Shown here: piece by piece, positions 16,999 to 26,084 of the stretch
Layout of the letters: each line of letters opens with the position of its first letter
Numbering within the stretch: position 1 is the stretch's first letter
Origin: Candidatus Margulisiibacteriota bacterium
GTDB lineage: Bacteria; Omnitrophota; Gorgyraeia; Gygaellales; Profunditerraquicolaceae
Length of the DNA stretch: 30,097 bases
NCBI GenBank assembly: GCA_035506355.1
Contig: DATJPP010000018.1
Location: 1-30,097, forward strand
Direction of reading: 5' to 3'
Program-made: the position numbers and the translations under genes
The notes under the pieces: model-generated
What the model saw: only the letters and a program-made list of their open reading frames with translations
The model's database searches: none
Told to the model about the DNA's origin: nothing

Positions 16999-17475
16999 TT
17001 ATAAAGTCGATTTTAAGTCCACTAACTGCCGGAGATGCCCCTGTTCCTGCGCGATTAATTGGTCAACCAGCCTGTGGTCATCCTGCGGCACAAAACGCAT
17101 CATCCCCTCATAGAATATAATCGAATCTTTTTCAAAACCTATGGCCAGATCCACGGTCTCCTTGTCGCTTTTGACTTTCGCAGCGATTTCTTTACCCTTA
17201 TCCTTTTGGGTAAAGACCTGTTCGCTGGAAAGCGCCCTCATATAAGCCAGGTACTCGCCGGGGTAAGACTCCGCGGGCTCGTAGGCATTTACCGAGGCCA
17301 ATATTTTCTTAAATACCTCGATATGTTTCTCTTCTTCAAGCGCCAGATATTTGAATAATTTCCGCAACTTCTCATTAGAGGAGCTCTTGAGGCAGGAATC
17401 ATAGAAATCCCTCCCGTTTTTTTCGATCTCTATCCCCAATTCCACTATTTCGCTTCCAGAAAATATATTACCCAT
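16999..17475 (-). CDS. Ferritin-like / rubrerythrin-family diiron protein without a rubredoxin domain
   Basis: Two helix-pair motifs: IEIEKNGRDFY...LALEEEKH and IGFEKDSIIFY...IAQEQGH. Confidence 0.88.
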   Translation of the reverse strand: MGNIFSGSEIVELGIEIEKNGRDFYDSCLKSSSNEKLRKLFKYLALEEEKHIEVFKKILASVNAYEPAESYPGEYLAYMRALSSEQVFTQKDKGKEIAAKVKSDKETVDLAIGFEKDSIIFYEGMMRFVPQDDHRLVDQLIAQEQGHLRQLVDLKSTL

Positions 17476-17477
17476 TT

Positions 17478-17945
17478 TTATCTTTCTCCTTTAATATGTC
17501 CGGGGGTCAGGTCGATGACTTCTTCTGCCTGCATTTGGATAAGATATTCCGGGCGGGGCAGGAGCGCTTCCGGATGGTGCGGATGCCCCTTTTCTTCGCG
17601 CATATTCCTGATCACCCTGCTGGTCAGCCTGCCGGCAATCCTATCCTCCCAGGATTTAATGAGTGATTCTTTCATCTCTTTTTTAAAAACCAGCCTGGCT
17701 TTCCCCTTCAGGCTATAACCGATAAACTTATGCTCATCTACGGCAGTAATGCTGATACGAGGATTATCGGAGAGGTTAGCAAAGGTAAGACCCTTATATA
17801 GGTCGAAAAGATAAATGGCGCCTTCCCTGTCTATCTCAACTATCCCCTTACAGGCATTGTGGGGAAACCCCTTCTTGTCTATGGTAGATACGATGACGTA
17901 TCCCTGGCCCTGGAAAAAGTTCACTACTCCTTCGGTTAATCTCAT
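17478..17945 (-). CDS. Pyridoxamine 5'-phosphate oxidase-like FMN-binding protein
   Basis: VSTIDKKGFPH, TFANLSDNPRISI and GYSLKGKA split-barrel pattern. Confidence 0.8.
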   Translation of the reverse strand: MRLTEGVVNFFQGQGYVIVSTIDKKGFPHNACKGIVEIDREGAIYLFDLYKGLTFANLSDNPRISITAVDEHKFIGYSLKGKARLVFKKEMKESLIKSWEDRIAGRLTSRVIRNMREEKGHPHHPEALLPRPEYLIQMQAEEVIDLTPGHIKGER

Positions 17946-17955
17946 CGCCTTTGCC

Positions 17956-18135
17956 CTAACGGGTCATTTCATTTATTTTATCTTCGATCATCTTCCTATG
18001 CCTCTCTTCTTCGTTGACCAGGAATTCCAGGAGATCTTTTATCGCCTGGTGCTTCAAACTTAACCTGGTGTACAACTCGATGGAAGCATTCTCTTTGGAA
18101 AGCGCTATCTTTAAAGCGTCTACCGGACCCATCAT
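17956..18135 (-). CDS. 59-aa half ferritin-like (single helix-pair) protein, absent from the ORF track
   Basis: My translation: MMGPVDALKIALSKENASIELYTRLSLKHQAIKDLLEFLVNEEERHRKMIEDKINEMTR. It has E-x6-Y and EExxH motifs, its ATG overlaps the fprA stop (ATGA), and it fills the gap. Confidence 0.8.
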   Translation of the reverse strand: MMGPVDALKIALSKENASIELYTRLSLKHQAIKDLLEFLVNEEERHRKMIEDKINEMTR

Positions 18136-19328
18136 TTACCTCCTTTGATAATTTCGGCGAATTTCTTTCCGTATTCATAACAGCTTTTTAGCTCTGCTTC
18201 ATCGGGGGCATATTTCACCGATAAGCCCGGCAGAGAAGGTTCAATCCCTGCTTCTTTTAAGACCCCTTCGATCTCTTTTACCGCTCCTCCTGCCCAGCCA
18301 TAAGAACCGAAGGCAGAAACAACCCTGTTCTTCGGGCGCAGCCCTTTTACAAACTCCAGGAAACCGGCTAGATTCGGGAGCATGTCGTTATCGTGGGTAG
18401 AGGAACCAAAGAGAAAAGCCCTTGCCTCAAGCATCTCTTTGATTATTTCGGTGCGGTCAGACTCAGCCACATTAAAAAGCTTAACGCTCACTTTATTGGA
18501 AGATAGGCCCTCTGCTATCTTTCTGGCCATCTTCTCCGTAGCACCCCACATCGTCTCATAAATTATAACCGCCTTCTCTGCGGTCTCATTCTTCGCCCAA
18601 GAGACATAGGCCTGAATGATCTTTGCGGGATTGCAGCGCCAGATGACTCCGTGGCTGGGGGCGATCATCTTGATCGGCAGCTTTATCTTCTGTATTTCCT
18701 CGATCTTCTTTAAAATAATCTGGCCGAGGGGCCAGAGTATATTGCCGTAATATTTAGCCGCTTCATCCATCAGCGCGCACTGGTCTACCTCATCGTCAAA
18801 CCTTTCGCTGGTGGCATAATGCTGGCCAAAGGCATCGTTGGGCAGGAGGAGTTCTTCCTCCGGGCAATAGGTAAACATGCTGTCCGGCCAGTGTATCATC
18901 GGCGCTTCAAAGAAATTAAGCGTGCGCCTGCCAAGCTTAAGGCTATCACCGGTATGTACTACCTGAAAATCCCAAGTTCCGTAATAATTGCGGTAGAGGC
19001 CTTCCTTGCATTTTTCTGTACCCATTACCTTGGCCTTGGGGCAGAGCTTCATTAACGCTGGCAGCGCCCCGGAGTGGTCGGTCTCCACGTGGTTAGCAAT
19101 AATGTAGTCTATTTTTTCAGGAGGAATGACCTCTTTTATGTTTGAGATCAACTCATCGCTGAAGCTTGCCAGGACCGTATCCACCAGGGCGATCTTTTCG
19201 TCTATTATAAGGTAGGCGTTGTAAGTCGAACCTCTTTTGGTAGTATAGGTGTGGCCGTGGAAATTACGCACGTTCCAATCCACCACTCCCACTGAGTAGA
19301 TATCCGGTAAAATCTTTAAAGCTGACAT
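18132..19328 (-). CDS. fprA: Flavodiiron protein (rubredoxin:O2/NO oxidoreductase)
   Basis: GSTYNAYLI, NHVETDHSG, HWPDSM, DAFGQH and HG metallo-beta-lactamase ligands. Flavodoxin domain with TMWGATEKMA and FGSYGWAG. Confidence 0.95.
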   Translation of the reverse strand: MSALKILPDIYSVGVVDWNVRNFHGHTYTTKRGSTYNAYLIIDEKIALVDTVLASFSDELISNIKEVIPPEKIDYIIANHVETDHSGALPALMKLCPKAKVMGTEKCKEGLYRNYYGTWDFQVVHTGDSLKLGRRTLNFFEAPMIHWPDSMFTYCPEEELLLPNDAFGQHYATSERFDDEVDQCALMDEAAKYYGNILWPLGQIILKKIEEIQKIKLPIKMIAPSHGVIWRCNPAKIIQAYVSWAKNETAEKAVIIYETMWGATEKMARKIAEGLSSNKVSVKLFNVAESDRTEIIKEMLEARAFLFGSSTHDNDMLPNLAGFLEFVKGLRPKNRVVSAFGSYGWAGGAVKEIEGVLKEAGIEPSLPGLSVKYAPDEAELKSCYEYGKKFAEIIKGGK

Positions 19329-19341
19329 CTATATCTCCTTT

Positions 19342-20049
19342 CTAATAACCCTGGAAATTCTCGGTTACGATATTCTCCTGAGAGAGACTCAATTCGTTAC
19401 TTAATATCCCCTTCATCGCCTCAACCATCGGTGGGGGACCGCATAGGAAAAACTTTCTCTGGGTATAATCGGGTATCTCTTTCTTGACGAGCGAGCTGTT
19501 AATCAGGCCTATGGAACATAAGAACCCGGGTTCTTCTTTGCAAAGCACATGCGCAACCCGAAGGTTGGGATAAGCCTTTTGCATGGCATCAAAATCGTCC
19601 TTAAAAACTATGTCCTTGAAAGTCATGCTGGCGTAAAGCAGAACGATATCCAGGTTTAACCTTTTATCTGCGGCATACTTGCAGATGCTCCTTATCGGGG
19701 TGATCCCGATACCCCCGGATAAAAAGGCTATTTTTTGCGCGGGGTTATCTTCAAGCGTAAACTTTCCAAAAGGGTATTTTATCCTTAAAGAGTCACCTGG
19801 TTTCAGGGTATCTATGCTCTTGGAAAAATCGCTTCCCGTGATCTTCTTGGTAAACTCCAGATAGCCGTATTCCGTGGGAGAGCTGGATATAGACAAATAC
19901 CTTTGGTATCCTTCTTTATCTCCCAAGGCGACACTCATAAACTGCCCGGCCCTGAAGGGCGCTTCCGCCTCTATCTGAAGACGCACGCTTTTCACGTTAT
20001 AGGTGCGCTGGATTACTTCCTTGACTCTTGCTTCCAATTCATTGACCAT
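19342..20049 (-). CDS. FAD/NAD(P)-binding oxidoreductase (ferredoxin-NADP reductase-like)
   Basis: FRAGQF, QRYLSISSSP, GKFTL, SGGIGITP and LCGPPPMV. Confidence 0.88.
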   Translation of the reverse strand: MVNELEARVKEVIQRTYNVKSVRLQIEAEAPFRAGQFMSVALGDKEGYQRYLSISSSPTEYGYLEFTKKITGSDFSKSIDTLKPGDSLRIKYPFGKFTLEDNPAQKIAFLSGGIGITPIRSICKYAADKRLNLDIVLLYASMTFKDIVFKDDFDAMQKAYPNLRVAHVLCKEEPGFLCSIGLINSSLVKKEIPDYTQRKFFLCGPPPMVEAMKGILSNELSLSQENIVTENFQGY

Positions 20050-20050
20050 A

Positions 20051-20557
20051 TCAACTCTTCAGCTTCTTTATTATAGCCGCGCAAAAACGCGGAAGGTCAT
20101 AGGGGGAGCGCGAAGTAACCAGGTTCTTATCTACCACTACTTCCTTATCCACGAACTTTCCCCCGGCATTAATCAGGTCATCTTTAATCGCATGGAATCC
20201 GGTTATGGTCATCCCCTTCAAGATCCCGGCTGAAACCAGCACCCAGCCTCCGTGGCAGATCGCCGCCACAAGTTTATTCTTATTAAAGAGCTCTTTCACA
20301 AAATTATTCACTTCGGGGAATCTCCTTAGGAAATCAGGGGCATATCCTCCCGGGATTACCACCCCATCAAAATCTGCTGCCTTAGCCTTCTGGATCGGTA
20401 ACTCCTCCGAGGCGGGATAGCCTTCCTTGCTCTTATATTCCTTCCTGCCGGTCCCGACCAATACGGTATCAATCCCCTCCTCGCGAAGGCGTAAATAAGG
20501 ATACCATACCTCTAAGACCTGATAATAGTCTTCTACCAGGACCGCTACTCTTTTCAT
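20051..20557 (-). CDS. DJ-1/PfpI-family protein
   Basis: LEVWYP, DFDGVVIPGGYAPD, AAICHG (nucleophile Cys) and VVVDKNLVTSR.P.DL. Confidence 0.92.
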   Translation of the reverse strand: MKRVAVLVEDYYQVLEVWYPYLRLREEGIDTVLVGTGRKEYKSKEGYPASEELPIQKAKAADFDGVVIPGGYAPDFLRRFPEVNNFVKELFNKNKLVAAICHGGWVLVSAGILKGMTITGFHAIKDDLINAGGKFVDKEVVVDKNLVTSRSPYDLPRFCAAIIKKLKS

Positions 20558-21411
20558 CTTGCGCCTCCCGCCTCATCGATAATCTTGGCCATAATAAAAT
20601 CGTTCTCCGTTAAACCCCCTGCGGCATGCGTAGTAAGCGTGACTCTAAGTTTATCGTATAGTAAGGTAAGCGTAGGATGGTGCCCCTGCTCTTCGGCAAT
20701 GAAAGCAACCAGGTCCAGGAAATATTTGGCTTCGGCAAAGTCTTTGAATCTGAATTCCTTAACCAGCTTCTTATCTTCCACGAGCTGCCACCCGCGATAG
20801 GAGGCAAGGAGTTTATCAACTTTATCTTTCGGCAGCGGCGGCGTACCTTCTTCGCAAGGTTTACAGTGCGAAGGTAATTCTTCCCTTAATCCTTCCTGCG
20901 GATCCTTTATGACCTCCTTAAGGGCGTTGTAGGCCTCTTCAAGGTTAAGCGCCTGGGAGAGTTCCTCTGCAATCTGAATATACCTTATGATATCTGCCTT
21001 ATCCAGGATAAAGACCCCTCTCGCCAAAAGATTGAGCTCTCTTATCAGCATCCCATAATTAATCCCGAAAGAAGAATATTTATAATCGGAGAGGAGAATT
21101 TCGTTTTCAATGCCGTTTAAAGAACAGAACCTCTTCTGGGCAAAGGGAAGGTCCTTGCTTATGCCGATAACCACGACCTCTTCGGATAATGACGCTGCCT
21201 TTTTATTGAATTCCTTGATCTGCAAATCGCAAACCGGGGTATCCAGTGAAGGAAAGCTACTTATCACCTTGATCTTCCCCTTAAAATCAGCGAGGCTGGT
21301 CTCTTTTAATTCCGGCGAGACCGCCTTAAATCCTGGGGCTGCTCTCGAAACCTCCAGCGCCCTTCCCACCAGGGTAAGCGGGCTGGCTTTAAAAGTTATC
21401 TTCCTTAGCAT
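20554..21411 (-). CDS. tpx: Thiol peroxidase (Tpx) fused to pterin-4a-carbinolamine dehydratase (PCD/PhhB-like)
   Basis: N-terminal part: PSLDTPVCD, ISKDLPFAQKRFC, LLARGVF. C-terminal part: CKPCEEG.PPL, W.LVE, KEFRFKDF, EEQGHHP, TTHAAGGLTENDFIMA. One uninterrupted frame. Confidence 0.88.
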   Translation of the reverse strand: MLRKITFKASPLTLVGRALEVSRAAPGFKAVSPELKETSLADFKGKIKVISSFPSLDTPVCDLQIKEFNKKAASLSEEVVVIGISKDLPFAQKRFCSLNGIENEILLSDYKYSSFGINYGMLIRELNLLARGVFILDKADIIRYIQIAEELSQALNLEEAYNALKEVIKDPQEGLREELPSHCKPCEEGTPPLPKDKVDKLLASYRGWQLVEDKKLVKEFRFKDFAEAKYFLDLVAFIAEEQGHHPTLTLLYDKLRVTLTTHAAGGLTENDFIMAKIIDEAGGAR

Positions 21412-21428
21412 CTCTTCACCACCTTTGC

Positions 21429-21590
21429 TTAGACGACCTTTTCAAACATATCTTTGCCGACACCGCATTCCGGGCAGACCCAACTCTCCGGAAGTTGCGC
21501 AAAAGCCGTCCCCGGTTTAATCCCTTGCGTGAAATCTCCCAGTTGAGGATCATAAATATACCCACAAACCGTGCATTTGTATTTATCCAT
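21429..21590 (-). CDS. Rubredoxin (53 aa), absent from the ORF track
   Basis: My translation: [53 protein letters not shown], preceded by an AGGAGGGG RBS. Confidence 0.97.
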   Translation of the reverse strand: MDKYKCTVCGYIYDPQLGDFTQGIKPGTAFAQLPESWVCPECGVGKDMFEKVV

Positions 21591-21603
21591 ACCGACCCCT
21601 CCT

Positions 21604-22452
21604 TTAAACTCTTCCTTCTATGAACTTCTTAATTGCAGCATCCCTCTCTGCGGGCTCGAGACGTCCCTCAACCGGTATTTCAAAAACAGGCGAATCTTTC
21701 TTATAAAATCTACCCAGGGCAATGGGCTTATCCGAGTTGTAATCCCACTCCAGTATTTTAGCTAAAGCCAGGGAAGAATCCTGGCTACCCTCTTCTTTCA
21801 ATTGATAAACCCTCTTATCATAATATTCGTAGGTATTAAAATAGGTAACGCATACCTGCAGCACGTCTACAAGTGAAAACCCTTTATGCAGGATTGCCTC
21901 TTTAAAAAGACGTTTCAGCAGTTCAATGCCGTGCGAGGTCCCGCGGCCCAGAAAAGTAGCGCCCGAGGCAAGCATAATCTGCAGCGGATTGACGGGGACC
22001 TCCTTGCTCCCTGAAGGGGTAGAGCGCCCGCGGAATCCCAGGGGAGAGGTAGGGGTATACTGCCCCGTAGTAAGACCGTAAACCCGGTTATCGTGTATTA
22101 TCATGGTGATGTCGATATTCCTTTTGGCCGCAAAAATCAAATGCTCCATCCCTTCCCCGTAGGCATCTCCATCGCCTGCAAAACCAATAACCTTTATCTG
22201 GGGATTGGCGATCTTTATGGCTTCCGCTACCGGGACTACCCTTCCGTGAATAGAATAGAAACTATTCAAGTTTAAATAATCTGCTATTTTTGCATGGCAG
22301 CCGATACCGGAGACGACAACAACCTTCTCAAGCGGATAACCCTCGCCGGCTAGTTCGCCGAGCACCGCCTTAAAGGCATTTAGGATGGCGAAATTTCCGC
22401 ACCCTGGGCACCAGGTATTCTGGGCGTAGGTCCCTAAATTTGTGCTTTCCAT
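21604..22452 (-). CDS. korB: 2-oxoacid:ferredoxin oxidoreductase beta subunit
   Basis: [26 protein letters not shown] (TPP-binding), [11 protein letters not shown] and QVCVTY. Confidence 0.93.
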   Translation of the reverse strand: MESTNLGTYAQNTWCPGCGNFAILNAFKAVLGELAGEGYPLEKVVVVSGIGCHAKIADYLNLNSFYSIHGRVVPVAEAIKIANPQIKVIGFAGDGDAYGEGMEHLIFAAKRNIDITMIIHDNRVYGLTTGQYTPTSPLGFRGRSTPSGSKEVPVNPLQIMLASGATFLGRGTSHGIELLKRLFKEAILHKGFSLVDVLQVCVTYFNTYEYYDKRVYQLKEEGSQDSSLALAKILEWDYNSDKPIALGRFYKKDSPVFEIPVEGRLEPAERDAAIKKFIEGRV

Positions 22453-22465
22453 ATTCCCCGATCCT

Positions 22466-24136
22466 TTAAATTATTTTCTTGAGCAGCCCTTCCAATTCAT
22501 CTACAGAGAAAGTCCGGCCGTCGTACTTTAGAATCTTATCATCTATCTTGAAACCGTAAGAATTCATGAGCCTGCAGAGCTGACCGGTAGCATTATTCTC
22601 CACACCGATTATTTTTTCCGACCCTGAAAGTGCCTCTAAAACCTGTCGGCTGGGAAATGGCGCAAGCACTAAAGGCTGAACCACCCTTAAACCTAGTCTT
22701 TCTGCCGCTTCGACACTCACACCTTTATTAGAGCCCCAGCATAATAAAGTTATTGGCGCATCTCTGCGCCCATAGACCTTAACCGTCCTGTATCCGGATA
22801 GCGCCTGCGACAAAGACTCCCCTTTGCGCAGGCGTTTCTCCTGCATTAACTTCGATTGAAGAGGATCCTCTGTTGTTATCCCGTACTCATCATGTTCATA
22901 ACTGTTAACCTTTACCACCATATTTTTGGAGGGGAGAACGGCAAGAGGAGAGACCCCATCCTCGGTATAGAGGTACCTCTTATAATTTAAGGCGTTTGAA
23001 GGAAGAGGAGGTTCTTCTGCGGGCAGCTCTTCTATTTCCTGGTCGTTAAAGCTGTAAACCCCTTCGGCCAATGTTTTATCGGAGAGTATAATTGATGGTA
23101 TTTGATACCTCTGGCTCATATTCATGGCTAGGGCGGATAAGAAATATGCCTCTTCAGCATCTCCAGGCGCAACCACGAAACGGGCAAATTCCCCCTGGCC
23201 AGCACTCAAAACAAAGTGCAATTCGGTCTGCGCAGTATAGGTAGGCAACCCCGTGCTTGGCCCGGGCCTCTGACCCACTATTAGCACTACCGGCAATTCC
23301 GCCATCCCGGCGAGGCTTAAACCCTCAGTCATCAGGCAAAAACCGCCTCCGGCAGTGCCGACGGCAACCCTCTCGCCCATATAAGAAAATCCCAGGGCCA
23401 TTAGAATCACCGCGATCTCGCTCTCGGGATGGATTACCCTCAAAGAAAACTGCTGGGCGACCTCCGCCAAAAAATGCAAAATCCCGGAAGAGGGAGTCAT
23501 GGGATAAGCGACGTAAGTCTTAAGCCCTCCTTTTATAAGCCCGAGGCCTAAGGCCTCGCTACCGGTAAGGAGGGGAAGTTTTCTTTGCCCCAAAGGCTGG
23601 AGAGAGATTATTTCTTTCGCGGCCTGGTAACCTCTTGCGGCTATCCTGATATTCGGTTCCAGTTCCTTGACGATTTCTTTTTTAAAAACCTCCTCAAGGA
23701 TAGCTATGCTTATACCCGCTGCCTTACAAAAAATGCCGATGATACAGCTATTACGCATAATCTCGGCAACATTCTCCTCTTTGACCATACTGGCTATCGG
23801 CAGGCCTAATGAGCGAAAGCCCTTGGGCAGGCCATCAGCTTTTACTGCATCCGAATCATAGACTACGGCCCCTTCATCTTTAAGCCTCCAGCTATGCAAA
23901 TTCAAGGTATTCTGGTCCAAGGCGAGCAGAAAATCTATTTTCTCTTCGTGGGAAGCGATCTGTTGACTGGATATTCTGATCAGAGAAAAGGTATGCCCTC
24001 CTCTGATAAGCGAAGGGTAATCACGATAGATATAGAGCCGGTAAGAGAGCTGACTGAGTATTCTGGCTATTATCGAGCCGGCTTTATCTATACCAAAGCC
24101 AGCTTTTCCACCGATGAGAACTGTCACGCTATCCAT
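22466..24136 (-). CDS. korA: 2-oxoacid:ferredoxin oxidoreductase alpha subunit (gamma-alpha fusion)
   Basis: GGKAGFG, YPSLIRGGH, YPMTPSS, ESEIA, GGGFCLMTE, QRPGPSTGLPT and VENNATGQL. Substrate specificity is not determined. Confidence 0.93.
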   Translation of the reverse strand: MDSVTVLIGGKAGFGIDKAGSIIARILSQLSYRLYIYRDYPSLIRGGHTFSLIRISSQQIASHEEKIDFLLALDQNTLNLHSWRLKDEGAVVYDSDAVKADGLPKGFRSLGLPIASMVKEENVAEIMRNSCIIGIFCKAAGISIAILEEVFKKEIVKELEPNIRIAARGYQAAKEIISLQPLGQRKLPLLTGSEALGLGLIKGGLKTYVAYPMTPSSGILHFLAEVAQQFSLRVIHPESEIAVILMALGFSYMGERVAVGTAGGGFCLMTEGLSLAGMAELPVVLIVGQRPGPSTGLPTYTAQTELHFVLSAGQGEFARFVVAPGDAEEAYFLSALAMNMSQRYQIPSIILSDKTLAEGVYSFNDQEIEELPAEEPPLPSNALNYKRYLYTEDGVSPLAVLPSKNMVVKVNSYEHDEYGITTEDPLQSKLMQEKRLRKGESLSQALSGYRTVKVYGRRDAPITLLCWGSNKGVSVEAAERLGLRVVQPLVLAPFPSRQVLEALSGSEKIIGVENNATGQLCRLMNSYGFKIDDKILKYDGRTFSVDELEGLLKKII

Positions 24137-24148
24137 TGGCGCTAAGGT

Positions 24149-24544
24149 TTATTCGGTTTTTAATTCTTGCGCGTTCTTCCAAAGCCCGTGGATATTGCAA
24201 TAAGAATTGGCAAATATTGTACCGTTCTTTTCGGTCTTAAAGGTAAGCTGGGCCTGCGGGTGCGTAAAAATACCGCTGGTATTCGGTCCCTGCGTGGAGG
24301 CGCCGTGGCTTAAGAATTCAGCCCTGCCTATCTGATAAGGGAATTTTTCTCCATCGGCGATAAAATAAACTTCAATCCAGCTTATATGGTGTTCTGTGGT
24401 ATTGGGATGTGCTATCTCTTTACCCACAGAGACCGTAAGATTGAAGAATTGCCCTTTCTTGACTCTCTCCGGAGATTCAATCACCGGAACGTGCTTCTCC
24501 TGTTTCCAATCCGCGCTCTGTAACAGGTCTTTAAAGTCAGCCAT
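24149..24544 (-). CDS. Superoxide reductase (neelaredoxin/class II desulfoferrodoxin)
   Basis: EKHVP, HPNTTEHHISWI and YCNIHGLW. Start set at ATG 24544; the track start is a TTG. Confidence 0.93.
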   Translation of the reverse strand: MADFKDLLQSADWKQEKHVPVIESPERVKKGQFFNLTVSVGKEIAHPNTTEHHISWIEVYFIADGEKFPYQIGRAEFLSHGASTQGPNTSGIFTHPQAQLTFKTEKNGTIFANSYCNIHGLWKNAQELKTE

Positions 24545-24561
24545 AGCCAACCCCCTTTTTT

Positions 24562-25854
24562 CTATTCTTTCGACAATATATTCTTTAGGTCCTCTTGAGG
24601 CGAACCGATAAGTTTCAAACCGTATTTTTCTTTAAGGAGATTAAAAACATTCTGCGATAAAAATGCAGGCGGAGTTGGGCCGACGTAAATACCTTTGATA
24701 TTAAGATACAGCAAAGTAAGCAGTATTGCAACTGCTTTTTGCTCAAACCAGGAGAGGACAAGGGTCAAAGGCAGCTCATTTACCCCGCATTTAAAGACAT
24801 CCGCCAAGGCCAGCGCGACCTGAATCGCAGAATAGGCATTATTACACTGCCCAACATCCAGAAGCCTGGGGATACCTTCGATAGAACCGAAATCAAGCTT
24901 GTTAAAGCGGTACTTTCCACAGGCGAGGGTCAGAATTATGCAATCCCTGGGTACGCTCTCAGCAAATTCGGTATAATAATTTCTCCCCGGCTTTGCCCCG
25001 TCGCATCCTCCGATTAAAAAGAAGTGCCGGATCTTTCCTGCCTTGACCAGCCCTACAATCTTATCCGCTAATCCTAATATAGCCGTATGATGGAAGCCGG
25101 TCATAATCTTTTTTCCTGATTTTTCCGGCAAGGGAGGAAGCGACTTGGCCTTCTCGATCAATGAAGAGAAATCCCTTGTTTTTAAATGCTTTGCCCCCGC
25201 AACACCGGTAATCCCTATTGTGAATAACCTGTCGAGATAAGTATTTTCAGGGGGAATAAGGACGCAATTGGTGGTCGCCAGTATCGCACCGCTGAATTCA
25301 TTAAATTCCCTCTTCTGCTCCTGCCACGCCCCACCGTAATTACCGGCTAAGTGCTTGAATTTCTTTAATTCCGGGTAACCGTGGGCAGGGAGCATCTCGC
25401 TATGGGTATAGACATTGATCCCCGTACCTTGAGTCTGCTTAAGTAATTCGTAGAGGTCAAGCAAATCATGCCCGGTGACCAGGATCCCGGGTCCATTTCT
25501 GGTGCCAGTCTCAACCTCGGTTGGCACAGGATTGCCGAAACGCAGGATATGAGCCTTATCCAAAACTTCCATCGCTTTCAGGTTCATCTTACCGCATTTT
25601 AAGACCAGCTCCAGGTACTGGTTAAGGTCAAAGCTGACATTGGTTACGGTCTTAAAGAGGGCCTCATGCATAAAGGCATCCACTTCATCATCCTTAGCAC
25701 CTAATTCCCTGGCATGATAGGCATAAGCAGCTATGCCTTTCAAACCAAAGAGCAGGGTATCCTGCAGGCTTTGTATATCTTCATTCTTACCGCAAACGCC
25801 GCTTTTAGTGCATCCGCTTCCGCCGGCTGTCTGTTCACACTGATAACAAAACAT
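24562..25854 (-). CDS. hcp: Hybrid cluster protein (hydroxylamine/NO reductase), short class III-type
   Basis: MFCYQCEQT-x5-CTKSGVCGK, GHDLLDL, YTHSEMLPAH, TNC, GGCDG, TLACGK, GQCN and WFEQKA. 430 aa from ATG 25854, which overlaps the upstream TAA. Confidence 0.95.
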   Translation of the reverse strand: MFCYQCEQTAGGSGCTKSGVCGKNEDIQSLQDTLLFGLKGIAAYAYHARELGAKDDEVDAFMHEALFKTVTNVSFDLNQYLELVLKCGKMNLKAMEVLDKAHILRFGNPVPTEVETGTRNGPGILVTGHDLLDLYELLKQTQGTGINVYTHSEMLPAHGYPELKKFKHLAGNYGGAWQEQKREFNEFSGAILATTNCVLIPPENTYLDRLFTIGITGVAGAKHLKTRDFSSLIEKAKSLPPLPEKSGKKIMTGFHHTAILGLADKIVGLVKAGKIRHFFLIGGCDGAKPGRNYYTEFAESVPRDCIILTLACGKYRFNKLDFGSIEGIPRLLDVGQCNNAYSAIQVALALADVFKCGVNELPLTLVLSWFEQKAVAILLTLLYLNIKGIYVGPTPPAFLSQNVFNLLKEKYGLKLIGSPQEDLKNILSKE

Positions 25855-26084
25855 TATCTGCCTCCTTTTAGCTCTTTCCACTTTTCATCTCCGATGCACT
25901 CCCGCGCGGACTTACACCAATCAACGCATGAGGGCAGCCTCACCCTGCAAACCAGGCTCCTGCATTTAGGACACTTCACCTTCACCTCGTCAGAGAATAT
26001 CTCTAATGTGTACCCGCAATCCGGACACTTTATATTCTCCGATTTTATATTTCTATCGTCCTGACCCGGGCATTTAAAGAACAT
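25854..26084 (-). CDS. Small Cys-rich metal-binding protein (zinc-ribbon-like)
   Basis: Nine Cys in 76 aa: CPGQD, CPDC, CPKC and PSCVDWCKSAREC. It is translationally coupled to both neighbours. Confidence 0.75.
   Translation of the reverse strand: MFFKCPGQDDRNIKSENIKCPDCGYTLEIFSDEVKVKCPKCRSLVCRVRLPSCVDWCKSARECIGDEKWKELKGGR

Noticed and set aside
17996-18178. Track ORF of 60 aa on the minus strand (MNTERNSPK...)
   Set aside because: Wrong frame. It overlaps fprA by 47 nt and has no motif, while the 17956-18135 frame has diiron motifs and start/stop coupling.
20051-20557. PfpI (class I glutamine amidotransferase-like fold) as the missing PabA
   Set aside because: Its motifs are DJ-1/PfpI type (AAICHG), not TrpG/PabA (GVCLG...HPE), and it lies in a different operon.
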